From NCBI RefSeq assembly GCF_049283275.1, contig NZ_JBAPVS010000142.1, forward strand, positions 31,752 through 95,751: 64,000 nt of DNA. The letters are read 5' to 3'. The notes beneath the pieces were generated by a model that saw only the letters and a list, made by a program, of their open reading frames with translations, had not been told where the DNA came from and did not search any database. Source of the DNA: Caulobacter sp. GTDB taxonomy: Bacteria > Pseudomonadota > Alphaproteobacteria > Caulobacterales > Caulobacteraceae. A program made the translations under genes and the position numbers. Positions 39,859 to 50,882 of this stretch are shown piece after piece; the first letter of the stretch is position 1, and every line of letters starts with the position of its first letter.

Positions 39859-40974
39859 CTACGCGCCCTGCTGGCGCGCCGCGAAGTCGCGCCGGAACTG
39901 CTCGAACCGCCCCTCGGCGATCGCCGTACGCATGGCCGCGGTCAGGGCCTGGAAGAAGGCGATATTGTGCCAGGACAGCAGCACCTGGCCCAGGATCTCC
40001 TCGGCCTTGAACAGATGGCGCAGATAGGCCTTGGAATAGTCGCGGCTGGCCGGGCAGTCGCTGGTCGGGTCCAACGGATCCTCGTCCTCGGCGTAGCGGG
40101 CGTTCTTGATGTTGATCGCCCCGTCCCAGGTCCAGGCCTGGCCGTGGCGGCCCGAGCGGGTGGGCAGCACGCAGTCGAACATGTCGACGCCGCGATAGAC
40201 CGCCTCGACCAGGTCGATGGGCTTGCCCACGCCCATCAGATAGCGCGGTTTGTCAGCCGGCAGCATCGCCGGCGCGTAGTCCAGCACCTCGCACATGGCC
40301 TCGTGCCCCTCGCCCACGGCGAGGCCGCCAAGCGCGTAGCCGTCAAAGCCGATCTCCTGCAGGCGTTCGGACGACTCCTGGCGCAGATTCCGAAAGGTCG
40401 AGCCCTGCTGGATGCCGAACAGCACCTGGCTGTCGCGCGTCCCGAAGGCGGCCTTGGACCGCTTGCCCCAGCGGGCCGACAGCTCCATCCCTTGGCGCGC
40501 CCTCGCCTCCTCCGCAGGCCAGGCCACGCACTCGTCCAGCTGCATGACGATGTCGCTGCCCAGCAGGTCGGCCTGGATCTCCATCGACCGCTCGGGACTG
40601 AGCACATGCTTGGAGCCGTCGATGTGGCTGGAGAAGGTGACGGCTTCCTCGGTGACCTTGCTGATGCCCGACAGGCTCATCACCTGAAAACCGCCACTGT
40701 CCGTCAGGATCGGCTTGTCCCAACGCATGAACTTGTGAAGCCCGCCCAGACGCTTCACCCGCTCGGCCGTGGGCCGCAGCATCAGGTGGTAGGTGTTGCC
40801 CAGGATGATGTCGGCGCCGGTGGCCTTGACCTGGTCCACCGTCATGGCCTTGACCGTCGCCGCCGTGCCGACAGGCATGAAGGCCGGGGTGCGGATCTCG
40901 CCGCGCGGGGTCTTCAGCACTCCCGTCCGGGCCGCGCCGTCGGTGGCGGAGATTTCGAAGGGAAAGGCGGCCAT
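39859..40974 (-). CDS. tgt: queuine tRNA-ribosyltransferase
   Basis: [46 protein letters not shown]. Confidence 0.99.
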   Translation of the reverse strand: MAAFPFEISATDGAARTGVLKTPRGEIRTPAFMPVGTAATVKAMTVDQVKATGADIILGNTYHLMLRPTAERVKRLGGLHKFMRWDKPILTDSGGFQVMSLSGISKVTEEAVTFSSHIDGSKHVLSPERSMEIQADLLGSDIVMQLDECVAWPAEEARARQGMELSARWGKRSKAAFGTRDSQVLFGIQQGSTFRNLRQESSERLQEIGFDGYALGGLAVGEGHEAMCEVLDYAPAMLPADKPRYLMGVGKPIDLVEAVYRGVDMFDCVLPTRSGRHGQAWTWDGAINIKNARYAEDEDPLDPTSDCPASRDYSKAYLRHLFKAEEILGQVLLSWHNIAFFQALTAAMRTAIAEGRFEQFRRDFAARQQGA

Positions 40975-42080
40975 CAGACTTGCTCTGTCTCGGCGCGGAA
41001 CAGCAGGCTGCCGTCACCGTAGGAATAGAAACGATAGCCCGTGGCGATCGCGTGCTCATAGGCCGCCTTCATCACGGCCTGGCCGGCGAAGGCGCTGACC
41101 AGCATGAACAGGGTCGATTTGGGCAGGTGGAAATTGGTCATCAGCACGTCGGCGGCGCGGAAGCGGTAGCCGGGGGTGATGAAGATCGCCGTCTCGTCGG
41201 CGAACGGCTTGATCACCCCGTCCTCGCCCGTGGCGCTCTCCAGCAGACGCAGGCTGGTGGTGCCGACGCAGACGATGCGGCCGCCGGCGGCGCGGACAGC
41301 GTTCAGGGCTTCAGCGACGCTGGCCGGAACCTCGCCGAACTCGGCGTGCATCCTGTGCTCGGACACCACGTCGGTCTTGACCGGCAGGAAGGTGCCAGCG
41401 CCGACGTGCAGGGTGACGAAGTGCAGGGAAACGCCCCTCGCCTTCAGCCGGTCCAGCAGCTCGGGCGTGAAATGCAGGCCGGCGGTCGGAGCGGCCACCG
41501 AACCGTCCTCGCGGGCGTAGACGGTCTGGTAGTCGGCCCGGTCGCGATCGTCCTCGGGGCGCTTGGCGGCGATATAGGGCGGCAGCGGCATCTCGCCGTG
41601 GGCGGCGACGGCCAGGTCAAGATCGACGCCGGAAAAGTCGAAGGCCAGCTCGATCTCTCCGCCCTCGTGCTTGGCGATCACGGTGGCGTCCAGCATGCCC
41701 GTCTGGCAGGCGCGGTCCTGATCGTGACCAAAGGCGATGCGGTCGCCTTCCTTCAGGCGCTTGCCGGGCCGCATGAAGGCGACCCAGCGGTCGGGAGCGA
41801 CACGGCGATGCAGGGTGGCCTCGACCGCCACCGGCGATCCATCACCGCCGCCGGTCTCGCGTCCGGCCCGCAGGCCCATCAGCCGGGCGGGGATCACCCG
41901 GGTGTCGTTGAAGACCAGCGCGTCGCCTGGTCGCAGGAAGTCCGGCAGCTCGCGCACGATCCGGTCTTCCAGGCCTTGGCCAGGTCGGACAACGAGCAGG
42001 CGCGCGGAATCCCGCGGCTCGGCCGGCCGCAGGGCGATCGCCTCGTCGGGCAGGTGGAAATCGAAGTCGGACAGGCGCAT
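40974..42080 (-). CDS. queA: SAM:tRNA ribosyltransferase-isomerase
   Basis: [52 protein letters not shown]. Confidence 0.99.
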   Translation of the reverse strand: MRLSDFDFHLPDEAIALRPAEPRDSARLLVVRPGQGLEDRIVRELPDFLRPGDALVFNDTRVIPARLMGLRAGRETGGGDGSPVAVEATLHRRVAPDRWVAFMRPGKRLKEGDRIAFGHDQDRACQTGMLDATVIAKHEGGEIELAFDFSGVDLDLAVAAHGEMPLPPYIAAKRPEDDRDRADYQTVYAREDGSVAAPTAGLHFTPELLDRLKARGVSLHFVTLHVGAGTFLPVKTDVVSEHRMHAEFGEVPASVAEALNAVRAAGGRIVCVGTTSLRLLESATGEDGVIKPFADETAIFITPGYRFRAADVLMTNFHLPKSTLFMLVSAFAGQAVMKAAYEHAIATGYRFYSYGDGSLLFRAETEQV

Positions 42081-42309
42081 GGGGCGGCTTCAAGGCCACG
42101 GTGGGACGTCGAGGTCAAGCGCCGAGGCGTCGCCTGGACCTGCGAACGAGGCCAAGATTCCTGAAACAGCGTTAGCCCCGACCGAGCGAAAACCGTCATC
42201 AAGGGTCAATTCCAGCTCGGCGACCATCAATGCCGCAACATGGGTTTCATGACCTTCGGGGACGACTAAGACGGCGTGAGCGCCATCCGGACATGCTAAG
42301 GGCCAGCCC

Positions 42310-43287
42310 ATGCGCCTGATCCTGAACCTTGCGAACCTGTTCCTGCGCGGCACAGCCCTAATGCTCGGTCTGATGGGCGCGTTCGCGGGCCTAGCTTGTT
42401 GGGGCGGGATGTTCAGCGATCGACTCGACACCCTGACCCACCTGGCGCCGATCTGGCTGACCTGCGGCGCCCTGGCGTTGATCTTGGCCATGACCTTTTC
42501 GCGCGATGGCGAGCGTCGGGCGATCGTGGGCCTCGCGCTAGTGGCGGTCATCGCCATCGGCGCCCTGATGGCGCCCGAACTACTGACCGTTCTGCGTCAG
42601 ACACGAGAGCCTGCAGGCGCCTCGACCGTGAAGCTCGTGCAGTTCAACCTCTGGGTCGAAAACCGGGAGCCCGGCGCGACCCTGGACTGGATCATCGCCC
42701 AGAAGGCCGATCTGGTCATCGTGGAGGAAGGCGGCGGAAGAGCCTCGCTCGTCATCAGACGACTGCGCGAGGTCTATCCAAACTACATCACCTGCGCTGG
42801 ACGGCGCCGTTGCGACACCTGGATTTTCAGCCGAAGTCCAATCACCCAGGGACGCGGCTTCTATCAGGACCGTCATCCTTTGGCCGCCGCCTGGGCGACG
42901 GTCCGCGATCCGAGCGGAGACTTCACGGTGGCGGGCGCTCACTATGGCTGGCCCGTTCCGGCAGGACTGCAACGGGCCCAGAGCCGAATTTTGGTCGACG
43001 TCCTCAAGCCGTTCGCTCACGATAGCCTGATCGTGGCCGGCGATTTCAATTCCACGCCCTGGTCCTGGACATTACGCCGGCAAGACAAGGCGCTGGGCCT
43101 GAAGCGACGCACTCGCGCCCTGGCGAGTTGGCCAACGGGCGGCTTCTCCCGGATCGCCACAGCCCCGTTTCCCCTCTTGCCGATCGATCACGTCTACGCC
43201 GGTAAGGCCTGGAAGACCGTCAAGGTCGAGCGCGGTCCGAGCCTGGGTTCGGACCATCGACCCATCGTGGTGACGCTGACCCGCTAG
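42310..43287 (+). CDS. membrane-anchored endonuclease/exonuclease/phosphatase family protein
   Basis: Three N-terminal TM helices; QFNLW, VEE, GDFNSTP, IDHVY, GSDHRP. Confidence 0.9.
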   Translation: MRLILNLANLFLRGTALMLGLMGAFAGLACWGGMFSDRLDTLTHLAPIWLTCGALALILAMTFSRDGERRAIVGLALVAVIAIGALMAPELLTVLRQTREPAGASTVKLVQFNLWVENREPGATLDWIIAQKADLVIVEEGGGRASLVIRRLREVYPNYITCAGRRRCDTWIFSRSPITQGRGFYQDRHPLAAAWATVRDPSGDFTVAGAHYGWPVPAGLQRAQSRILVDVLKPFAHDSLIVAGDFNSTPWSWTLRRQDKALGLKRRTRALASWPTGGFSRIATAPFPLLPIDHVYAGKAWKTVKVERGPSLGSDHRPIVVTLTR

Positions 43288-43295
43288 GCGCCACG

Positions 43296-43326
43296 AAAAA
43301 GGGCCCCGGTTTCCCGGGGCCCTCTG
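43296..43326 (-). terminator. rho-independent terminator of the cyclophilin cluster
   Basis: Minus strand GGGCCCCGG-GAAA-CCGGGGCCC followed by TTTTT, between convergent genes. Confidence 0.85.
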
Positions 43327-43333
43327 TCTTCGC

Positions 43334-43801
43334 CTATTCGTCGGCGGCGATCTTGGCGCTGAGGATCTTGCCGGGCTCGCGGGGCGGCTCGCCGGTCGGC
43401 AGGGCGTCGACATGCTCCATGCCTTCGACCACCTGGCCCCAGACAGTGTATTGGTTGTCCAGGAACGTGGCGTCATCGAAGACGATGAAGAACTGGCTGT
43501 TGGCCGAGTTCGGATCGGGGGTGCGGGCCATCGAGCAGACGCCCCGCACGTGCGCCTCCTTGGAGAATTCGGCCTTGATGTCCGGCTTGGCCGAACCGCC
43601 GCGGCCGGTGCCGGTCGGATCGCCGCCCTGGGCCATGAAACCGGGGATCACGCGGTGAAAGACCACGCCGTCGTAGAAGCCTTCGCGGACCAGTTCCTTG
43701 ATCCGCTCGACGTGGCCGGGGGCCAGGTCGGGGCGCATCTTGATCGTGACAGGCCCGGACTCGAGCGTCAGCAGAAGGGTGTTTTCGAGGTCGGCCGACA
43801 T
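43334..43801 (-). CDS. cytoplasmic cyclophilin-type peptidyl-prolyl isomerase
   Basis: DLAPGHV, FHRVIPGFMAQGGDP, SMAR, SANSQFFI, LDNQYTVWGQV. Confidence 0.95.
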   Translation of the reverse strand: MSADLENTLLLTLESGPVTIKMRPDLAPGHVERIKELVREGFYDGVVFHRVIPGFMAQGGDPTGTGRGGSAKPDIKAEFSKEAHVRGVCSMARTPDPNSANSQFFIVFDDATFLDNQYTVWGQVVEGMEHVDALPTGEPPREPGKILSAKIAADE

Positions 43802-43927
43802 GATCATCCCTTGAGGATTGAAGTGGGGGAGGTAGAGAGTTGGAAGGCTTCTATCCCTCTTTCCATAAGGGCGAAACCGCCCGGTTGGATCCCGAGACGG
43901 ATCAATTGTCACAGCCCAGCTTGCGAA

Positions 43928-44776
43928 TTAGTTGACGTCGACCGCCAGTTCGATGTCGCAAACCGAGAAGTCGGCGCCCCGGGCCGCGCGCTTGCGGGCG
44001 ATCTCGGCCCCGAACCAAGCGCTCCCCGTATCGACCACCCGGACAGTCGGGCGCTCGGTCGCCGGGATATCGGCCAGCAGGCGCACCTTGACCATCAGAT
44101 CCTGCGGCTTGGCCACCGGTTCGCCCGTCTTGATGGCCCGCACGACGTCCAGGCCGGCCAGCACGCGCCCGAAGGCCGTGTAGCGCTTGTCCAGCGACGG
44201 ATAGGGTTGGCGCATCAGGAAGAACTGGCTGTTGGCTGAATTGACGTCCTCGTCGCGGGCCTCGCCGATCACGCCAGGGCAATAGGTCCCCCAGGCCGAA
44301 ACCTTCTTGTCCGAGGTGACCTCGGCCCAGTTCCAGGCCTGGCTGACGACCGGCAGCGACTTGAGGAAGCCGACCTCGGTCCCGGCCGGCGCGGCGGCGG
44401 CCACGAACGGCGTCGCGGCGTCGCGGCGGAAAGTGAACTCGGCCTTCAGGTTGGGCTTTTTCGTGCCGCCCTCCCCGGTGTCGTCCGGATCGCCGGTCTG
44501 GGCCATGAAGCGGTCTATGACCCGAAAGAAGGTGCGCCCGTCATAGACGCCCTCGCGGGTCAGCTCCTGGAAGCGCGCCACATGGCCAGGCGCGACCTCG
44601 GGGATCAGCTCCACCACGATTCGGCCCTTGTTGGTGTCGATCACCACCACGTTCTCGGGCGGCGGCGTCCGCCATTCCGCGGCCTTGGGCGGCGCGACCT
44701 CCGACGCGGCTTGCGCCCCGTCGATCGCCAAGAGGTTGGACAGAAAGGCGACCGAAGCGAGCAGCGGACGGATCAT
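43928..44776 (-). CDS. secreted cyclophilin-type PPIase
   Basis: Signal peptide; FFRVIDRFMAQTGDP, ANSQFFLM, LDKRYTAFGRV. Confidence 0.92.
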   Translation of the reverse strand: MIRPLLASVAFLSNLLAIDGAQAASEVAPPKAAEWRTPPPENVVVIDTNKGRIVVELIPEVAPGHVARFQELTREGVYDGRTFFRVIDRFMAQTGDPDDTGEGGTKKPNLKAEFTFRRDAATPFVAAAAPAGTEVGFLKSLPVVSQAWNWAEVTSDKKVSAWGTYCPGVIGEARDEDVNSANSQFFLMRQPYPSLDKRYTAFGRVLAGLDVVRAIKTGEPVAKPQDLMVKVRLLADIPATERPTVRVVDTGSAWFGAEIARKRAARGADFSVCDIELAVDVN

Positions 44777-44789
44777 CTATCTCACCTGT

Positions 44790-45605
44790 CTATTTGACCT
44801 GTACGGGCACGGTGACGTCGCAGGGCCCGAACGCCCCGCCCATCTCGGCGCGCTTCTTCTCGACCAGGGCCGCGAAAGCCGTCGAGCGGGTGTCCATGAC
44901 CTGGATGCTCGGGCGCTGGGCGGCCGGCATGTCGGACAGCACGCGAACCGTCAGCATCTTGTCCTGCGGCGCGGCCACCGGCTCGCCGCTCTTGATCGCG
45001 CGAATGACTTCAAGGCCGCTCAGCGCACGGCCAAAGGCGGTGTAAGTCTTCTCCAGCGAGGCATAGTGCTGGCGCATGAAGAAGAACTGGCTGTTGGCGC
45101 TGTTCGGATCGCCGGCGCGGGCCATGCCCAGCACGCCGGGGCAGAAGGCGCCCCAGGCGGCCACCTTGCCGTCGGCGGTCATCGCCGCCAGGGCGCTGTT
45201 TTGGCTGTAGACCGGCAGCGGACCGACGAAACCGATTTCCGTCGTTCCGGCCTTGCCGGCCGGGGCGTAGCCGGACCCGCGACGGAACAGGAATTCGGCG
45301 GCCAGATCCGGCTGGTCCGAGCCCCCGGAACCGTCGTTCTTCGGGTCGCCCGTCTGGGCCATGAAGCTGTCGATGACCCGGAAGAAGGTCAGGCCGTCAT
45401 AGAAGTGGGCCTTGGCCAGCTGACGCACCCGCGCCACATGGTTCGGCGCGGCCTCGGGCGTCAGCTCAACGATGATCCGGCCCTTGTTGGTGTCGACCAC
45501 CAGGATGTTCTCGGGGTCGGGCGTCCGCCAGTCGGAAGCCTGCTGGGCGCTGGCGGCGGAGGCCGCGGTGAGCGCCAGAACGGCGACGATGGACGCAAGC
45601 TTCAT
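44790..45605 (-). CDS. secreted cyclophilin-type PPIase (paralog)
   Basis: Signal peptide MKLASIVAVLALTAASAASA; FFRVIDSFMAQTGDP, GMARAGDPNSANSQFFFM. Confidence 0.92.
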   Translation of the reverse strand: MKLASIVAVLALTAASAASAQQASDWRTPDPENILVVDTNKGRIIVELTPEAAPNHVARVRQLAKAHFYDGLTFFRVIDSFMAQTGDPKNDGSGGSDQPDLAAEFLFRRGSGYAPAGKAGTTEIGFVGPLPVYSQNSALAAMTADGKVAAWGAFCPGVLGMARAGDPNSANSQFFFMRQHYASLEKTYTAFGRALSGLEVIRAIKSGEPVAAPQDKMLTVRVLSDMPAAQRPSIQVMDTRSTAFAALVEKKRAEMGGAFGPCDVTVPVQVK

Positions 45606-45798
45606 GGAGATCCCCGATAGAACTGGTCTGACGGCGTAGAACGCCGCCGCGCGAACGACAAGTGGCGCCGCGTTAGAGGACAAGATTCCGGCGGGTTTGG
45701 GACGGGCGACCGGCTCGCCGCTGCGGGATGGACGTCACCGTGATTGACGCCCCTTTTTGTCTGAGTAATGCTAGCGCCAGAATTTGGGGAAGATCACA

Positions 45799-46797
45799 AT
45801 GCGTTCAGTATGGATGGCGCTTGCGCTAACGGCGACCCTGTCTGCCGCGTCGCCATCGGGGGCAAGTGACGGGGAAGGCGCTGCGCCGGGCTCCAATCCC
45901 CTCTTCCGGGACAGGTTCACGGCCGACCCGGCCCCCCTGGTCGTCGGCGATCGCCTGTATCTGTACGTCGGCCACGACGAGGCTCAGCGCGACGAGATGT
46001 TCAACATGCGCGAATGGCTGGTCTATTCGACAACGGACATGAAGAACTGGACGTCCTATCCGCCGATCATGAAGGCCACGGACTTCAAGTGGGCCAAGAA
46101 GGACGCCTGGGCGTCGCAGACGATCCAGAAAAACGGAAAGTTCTATTTCTACGCCGCCGTCGAGCATGACAGTTCGCACCCCGGCAAAGCCATCGGGGTC
46201 GCGGTCTCGGACCGACCGACCGGCCCTTTCACCGACGCGCGGGGTTCGGCCCTGATCACCAACGAGATGACGCCCAAGGGAACGCACAGCTGGGAGGACA
46301 TTGATCCCACGGTGTTCACCGACGATGACGGGACGACCTGGATCGCCTGGGGCAATCGCCAATGCTACATCGCCAGGCTCAAGCCGAACATGATCGAGAT
46401 CGACGGCCCGATCACGGAAATCACCCCTCCGCATTTCGAGGAAGGACCTTGGCTGCACAAGCGCGGAGGGCTCTACTATCTGAGCTACGCCTCGCTCGAT
46501 CGGTCGACTCAGCGGGACGAGCACGTCTCCTACGCAACGGCGCCCTCGATTACTGGTCCATGGACCTATCGCGGCGAGCTCACCGGCTCTGGCAAATACA
46601 GCTTCACGATCCATCCCGGCATCGCTGAGTTCAAGGGCGACTGGTACATCTTCCTGCACAATGCGGCCCTGACGGTCGGTGATCAGAACGGGGCGATAGG
46701 ACGCCGGGCCGTGACGGTTGAACGCCTTCTCTACAACGCCGACGGGACTCTTCGACCTGTCATGCAGACCTCGGCGGGCGTGTCGGCGCCACGATAG
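45799..46797 (+). CDS. secreted glycoside hydrolase family 43
   Basis: Signal peptide; catalytic motifs TADP, IDPTVF, EEGP; WASQ; five-blade propeller pattern. Confidence 0.9.
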   Translation: MRSVWMALALTATLSAASPSGASDGEGAAPGSNPLFRDRFTADPAPLVVGDRLYLYVGHDEAQRDEMFNMREWLVYSTTDMKNWTSYPPIMKATDFKWAKKDAWASQTIQKNGKFYFYAAVEHDSSHPGKAIGVAVSDRPTGPFTDARGSALITNEMTPKGTHSWEDIDPTVFTDDDGTTWIAWGNRQCYIARLKPNMIEIDGPITEITPPHFEEGPWLHKRGGLYYLSYASLDRSTQRDEHVSYATAPSITGPWTYRGELTGSGKYSFTIHPGIAEFKGDWYIFLHNAALTVGDQNGAIGRRAVTVERLLYNADGTLRPVMQTSAGVSAPR

Positions 46798-46821
46798 TGG
46801 AGGCGCCGGGCCCGAAGCGCC

Positions 46822-47310
46822 CTACTTCTGCAGCTTGCCCAGCAGCTGTTCAGCCACGCCCGGCGGCACAAACTTATGGACGTCGCCGCCGAGGGCCGCG
46901 ATCTCCTTGACCAGGCGCGAGGCGATGGCTTGGTGGCGCGGGTCGGCCATCAGGAACACCGTCTCGATCTCGCGGTCGAGCTGCTGGTTCATGGCCGTCA
47001 TCTGGAATTCGTATTCAAAGTCGGCCACGGCCCGCAGGCCGCGCACGATCATTTGGGCTCCCACTTCGCGAGCGAAGTGCATCAGCAGGCTGTCGAACGG
47101 CCGGACCTCGATCTCGGCGATCTTGGTCAAGTGGGCCGTTTCGCGGCGCACCATCTCCACCCGTTCTTCCAGCGAGAACAGCGGCCCTTTGCCGATGTTC
47201 ACCGCCACCCCGATCACCAACCTGTCGACCAGCTTGACCGCGCGACCGATGATGTCGAGGTGGCCGTTGGTGACCGGGTCAAACGTCCCCGGATAGAGAC
47301 CGATCCGCAT
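46822..47310 (-). CDS. coaD: phosphopantetheine adenylyltransferase
   Basis: YPGTFDPVTNGH, RGLRAVADFEYE. Confidence 0.98.
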   Translation of the reverse strand: MRIGLYPGTFDPVTNGHLDIIGRAVKLVDRLVIGVAVNIGKGPLFSLEERVEMVRRETAHLTKIAEIEVRPFDSLLMHFAREVGAQMIVRGLRAVADFEYEFQMTAMNQQLDREIETVFLMADPRHQAIASRLVKEIAALGGDVHKFVPPGVAEQLLGKLQK

Positions 47311-47361
47311 GCTTTTCCCCTCACCCGGGCCTAGGCCCGTTGGTCCCTTACTCTGGGTCGC

Positions 47362-50130
47362 TTACGAGATCTCGTCCGCCTCGTTTTCGTCGCCCGTGTT
47401 TTCGTCGCCGCCGGTTTCGGCGAGGCGCTCGACGCTGACGACATGTTCGTCGGCGGCGGTGCGGAAGATGGTTACCCCTTGGGTATTCCGCGCTGCAACA
47501 CGAATTTGCGAGACAGGCACCCGGATCAGTTGCCCCGCGTCAGTGACCAGCAGGATCTGGTCGCTGTCCTCGACCGGGAACGAGCCCACCAGCTTGCCGC
47601 CGCGCTTGGACAGATCCTGGGCCGTCAGGCCCTGGCCGCCGCGGCCGGTGCGGCGATAGTCGTAGGCGCTGGTGCGCTTGCCGAAGCCTTCCGACGAGAC
47701 GGTCAGCAGGATTTCCTCGGCTGCGCCCAGTTCGGCGATCCGTTCCGGGGTCAGGCTGGCTTCGCCGACGTCCTCGTCGCTGTCTTCAACCGCCACGGGG
47801 GCCTCGTCGCCCTCCTCGCCCAGGGCTCGGGCCAGGGCCCGCTGATGCTTGAGATAGGCGGCGCGCTCGGCCGGGGTGGCGTCGACATTGCGCAGCACGC
47901 TCATCGAGATGACGCTGTCGCCCTCGGCCAGGCGCACGCCGCGCACGCCGGTGGAGTCACGGCTGGCGAACACGCGCACCTCGTCGGTCGAGAAGCGGAT
48001 GCAGCGGCCCGAGGCGGTGTTGAGCAGAATGTCCTTGCTGCTGTCGCAGACGGCCACGCCGATGATGCCGTCGCCCTCGTCCAGCTTCATGGCGATCTTG
48101 CCGTTGCGGCGAACGTCCACGAAGTCCGACAGCTTGTTGCGACGCACGCTGCCCGAGCGGGTGGCGAACATCACGTCCAGGCCGTCCCAGGTGGCCTCGT
48201 CCTCGGGCAGGGTCAGGATCGAGGTGATGGTCTCGCCCGGCTCGATCGGCAGCAGGTTGACGAACGCCTTGCCGCGGCTGTTGGCGACGCCCTGCGGCAG
48301 GCGCCAGACCTTCATCTTGTAGACCTTGCCGCCCGAGGTGAAGAACAGCAGCGGCGAGTGGGTCGAGGCCGAGAACACGCGGGTGACCGCGTCCTCGGTC
48401 TTGGTGGCCATACCCGACTTGCCCTTGCCGCCCCGGTGCTGGGTGCGATAGGCGGCCAGCGGCGTGCGCTTCACATAGCCGCCCAGGGTGACGGTGATGA
48501 CCATGTCCTCGCGGACGATCAGGTCCTCGTCCTCCATGTCGGCGTCGCCGTCGACGATCGCACAGCGGCGCGGGATGGCGAACTTTTCGCGCACCTCGAC
48601 CAGCTCCTCACGGACCACGGCCATGATGTTGGCGCGGTCCGACAGCAGGTCGAGATAGCCCTTGATGGCTTCCGACAGCGTGGCGGCCTCGTTGCCGATC
48701 TCGTCGCGGCCAAGCCCGGTCAGGCGCGACAGGGTCAGGGCCAGGATGGCGCGGGCCTGCTCGTCGGTCAGGCGGATCAGGCCGCCGTCTTCCTGCACGG
48801 TGCGCGGATCGGCGATCAGCTCGACCAGCGGCAGCATGTCTCCGGCCGGCCAGGACTTGGCCACCAGCCGCTCGCGGGCCTCGGTCGGGTCCTTGGACGA
48901 GCGGATGATATGGATGAATTCGTCGATATTGGCGACGGCGATGGTCAGGCCGACCAAGACGTGGCCGCGATCGCGCGCCTTGCCCAACTCGAACTTGGTG
49001 CGCCGGACCACGACCTCTTCGCGGAACTTGACGAAGATGTCGATCAGCTCGCGCAGGCCCATCTGCGAGGGCCGGCCGCGGTTCAGGGCCAGCATGTTGA
49101 CGCCGAACGAACTTTGCAGCGCCGTGTAACGGTAGAGTTGGTTGAGGATCACCTCGCCCGAGGCGTCGCGCTTCAGTTCGACCACGATGCGCATGCCGTC
49201 GCGATTGGATTCGTCGCGGATGTCGGAGATGCCCTCGATCCGCTTATCGCGGACCATTTCGGCGATGTACTCGACCAGGTTCGACTTGTTCACCTGGTAG
49301 GGAATGGCGGTGATGACGATGGCTTCGCGGCCCGTTCGGATCTCTTCCACGGTGGCCAGACCGCGCATGATCACCGAGCCGCGGCCGGTCAGCAGCGCCT
49401 GGCGCGGGCCGGCGCGGCCAATGATCTCGCCGCCGGTCGGGAAATCGGGACCGGGCACCAGATCGAGAAGTTGGTCGGTGGTGACGTCCGGCTGATCGAT
49501 CATCAGCAGACAGGCGTCGATGATCTCGCCCAGGTTGTGGGGCGGGATATTGGTGGCCATGCCGACGGCGATGCCGCCCGCGCCGTTGACCAGCAGGTTG
49601 GGGATCCGCGAGGGCAGGACGACGGGTTCCTGCTCCTTGCCGTCGTAGTTGTCCTGGAAGTCGACCGTGTCCTTGTCCAGGTCGGCCAGCAGCGACATGG
49701 CCGGCGGGGCCATACGGCACTCGGTGTAACGCATGGCGGCGGGCATATCGCCGTCGACCGAGCCGAAGTTGCCCTGGCCGTCGATGAGCACCAGGCCCAT
49801 CGAGAACGACTGCGTCATGCGCACCAGGGTGAAGTAGATCGAGGCGTCGCCATGCGGGTGGTACTTACCCATCACGTCGCCGACCACCCGGGCCGACTTG
49901 ACGTAGGGCCGCTCGGGCGTCTGGCCCTGCTCGTGCATCGAGAACAGCACGCGGCGGTGCACCGGCTTGAGGCCGTCGCGTGCGTCAGGCAGCGCACGGC
50001 TGACGATCACGCTCATCGCATAGTCGAGATAGGAGCGCCGCAGCTCGTCCTCGATATTGATGGGGGTAACGTCCCCGCGGGACGCCGGCGAAGCCGGGGA
50101 CCCGGGGATGGTGTTTTGATCGTCGCTCAA
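47362..50130 (-). CDS. gyrA: DNA gyrase subunit A
   Basis: [29 protein letters not shown] (catalytic Tyr), GyrA-box QHRGGKG. Confidence 0.99.
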   Translation of the reverse strand: MSDDQNTIPGSPASPASRGDVTPINIEDELRRSYLDYAMSVIVSRALPDARDGLKPVHRRVLFSMHEQGQTPERPYVKSARVVGDVMGKYHPHGDASIYFTLVRMTQSFSMGLVLIDGQGNFGSVDGDMPAAMRYTECRMAPPAMSLLADLDKDTVDFQDNYDGKEQEPVVLPSRIPNLLVNGAGGIAVGMATNIPPHNLGEIIDACLLMIDQPDVTTDQLLDLVPGPDFPTGGEIIGRAGPRQALLTGRGSVIMRGLATVEEIRTGREAIVITAIPYQVNKSNLVEYIAEMVRDKRIEGISDIRDESNRDGMRIVVELKRDASGEVILNQLYRYTALQSSFGVNMLALNRGRPSQMGLRELIDIFVKFREEVVVRRTKFELGKARDRGHVLVGLTIAVANIDEFIHIIRSSKDPTEARERLVAKSWPAGDMLPLVELIADPRTVQEDGGLIRLTDEQARAILALTLSRLTGLGRDEIGNEAATLSEAIKGYLDLLSDRANIMAVVREELVEVREKFAIPRRCAIVDGDADMEDEDLIVREDMVITVTLGGYVKRTPLAAYRTQHRGGKGKSGMATKTEDAVTRVFSASTHSPLLFFTSGGKVYKMKVWRLPQGVANSRGKAFVNLLPIEPGETITSILTLPEDEATWDGLDVMFATRSGSVRRNKLSDFVDVRRNGKIAMKLDEGDGIIGVAVCDSSKDILLNTASGRCIRFSTDEVRVFASRDSTGVRGVRLAEGDSVISMSVLRNVDATPAERAAYLKHQRALARALGEEGDEAPVAVEDSDEDVGEASLTPERIAELGAAEEILLTVSSEGFGKRTSAYDYRRTGRGGQGLTAQDLSKRGGKLVGSFPVEDSDQILLVTDAGQLIRVPVSQIRVAARNTQGVTIFRTAADEHVVSVERLAETGGDENTGDENEADEIS

Positions 50131-50252
50131 GGGAATTTTTCGCCGTCAGAATCGAACACGGAACCGTCAAAAACAGTTAGCATTACCCTAGCCAAGACGC
50201 CACCTTTGCGGCCTCAGCCCCCGATATCCTTAGGGCTTTCCAGGAGTTTCTC

Positions 50253-50771
50253 ATGCGTTTGACCGCTCTTGCCTTCTCCGTCGGCCTGCTGGTCGCCTCA
50301 CAAGCCTCCGCCGCCGCCACCAGCGCGACGGCTGAACTGAAAGGCGCCGACGGCAAGACGATCGGCATGGCGACGCTGACCGAGGCGCCGCACGGGGTGC
50401 TGCTCCGGATCGAGGCCAAGGGCCTGACGCCGGGCTGGCATGGCCTGCACTTCCATGAAAAGGGCGACTGCGGCGCGCCGGACTTCAAGTCGGCCGGCGC
50501 CCACGTCCACACCACGACCACCGTCGTCCACGGCCTGCTGAACCCGGACGGCAACGACAACGGCGATCTGCCCAATCTGTTCGCGGCCGCCGACGGCGCG
50601 GCCACAGCGGAGCTGTTCTCACCCCTGGTGTCGCTGAACGGCGCGGGGGGCCGCCCCGCCCTGCTCGACGCCGACGGCTCGTCGATCGTCGTCCACGCCA
50701 GCCCCGACGACTACAAGACCCAGCCGATCGGCGGAGCCGGGGCGCGGGTGGCCTGCGGGGTTGTGAAGTAG
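50253..50771 (+). CDS. sodC: periplasmic Cu/Zn superoxide dismutase
   Basis: Signal peptide; HFH, SAGAH, VHG, GDLPN, IVVH, GARVACG. Confidence 0.96.
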   Translation: MRLTALAFSVGLLVASQASAAATSATAELKGADGKTIGMATLTEAPHGVLLRIEAKGLTPGWHGLHFHEKGDCGAPDFKSAGAHVHTTTTVVHGLLNPDGNDNGDLPNLFAAADGAATAELFSPLVSLNGAGGRPALLDADGSSIVVHASPDDYKTQPIGGAGARVACGVVK

Positions 50772-50830
50772 CTCTGCGCCGACTGACCGGCCCTCTTGTC
50801 TGAGACCAGAGGGCTGCGCTTCCGTTTTTG

Positions 50831-50871
50831 ACCCGCTCATCCCGGCATTCGCCGGGATGAGCGGGTGTTTT
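50831..50871 (+). terminator. 16-bp perfect hairpin, terminator or REP-like element
   Basis: ACCCGCTCATCCCGGC-attc-GCCGGGATGAGCGGGT then GTTTT. A second hairpin precedes it at 50790-50814. Confidence 0.7.
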
Positions 50872-50882
50872 AAGAGGCTAGG

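Noticed and set aside
39677..42080. tRNA gene directly downstream of queA-tgt as a functional substrate link
   Set aside because: Tgt acts on GUN anticodons (Asp, Asn, His, Tyr); tRNA-Lys(UUU) is not a substrate.
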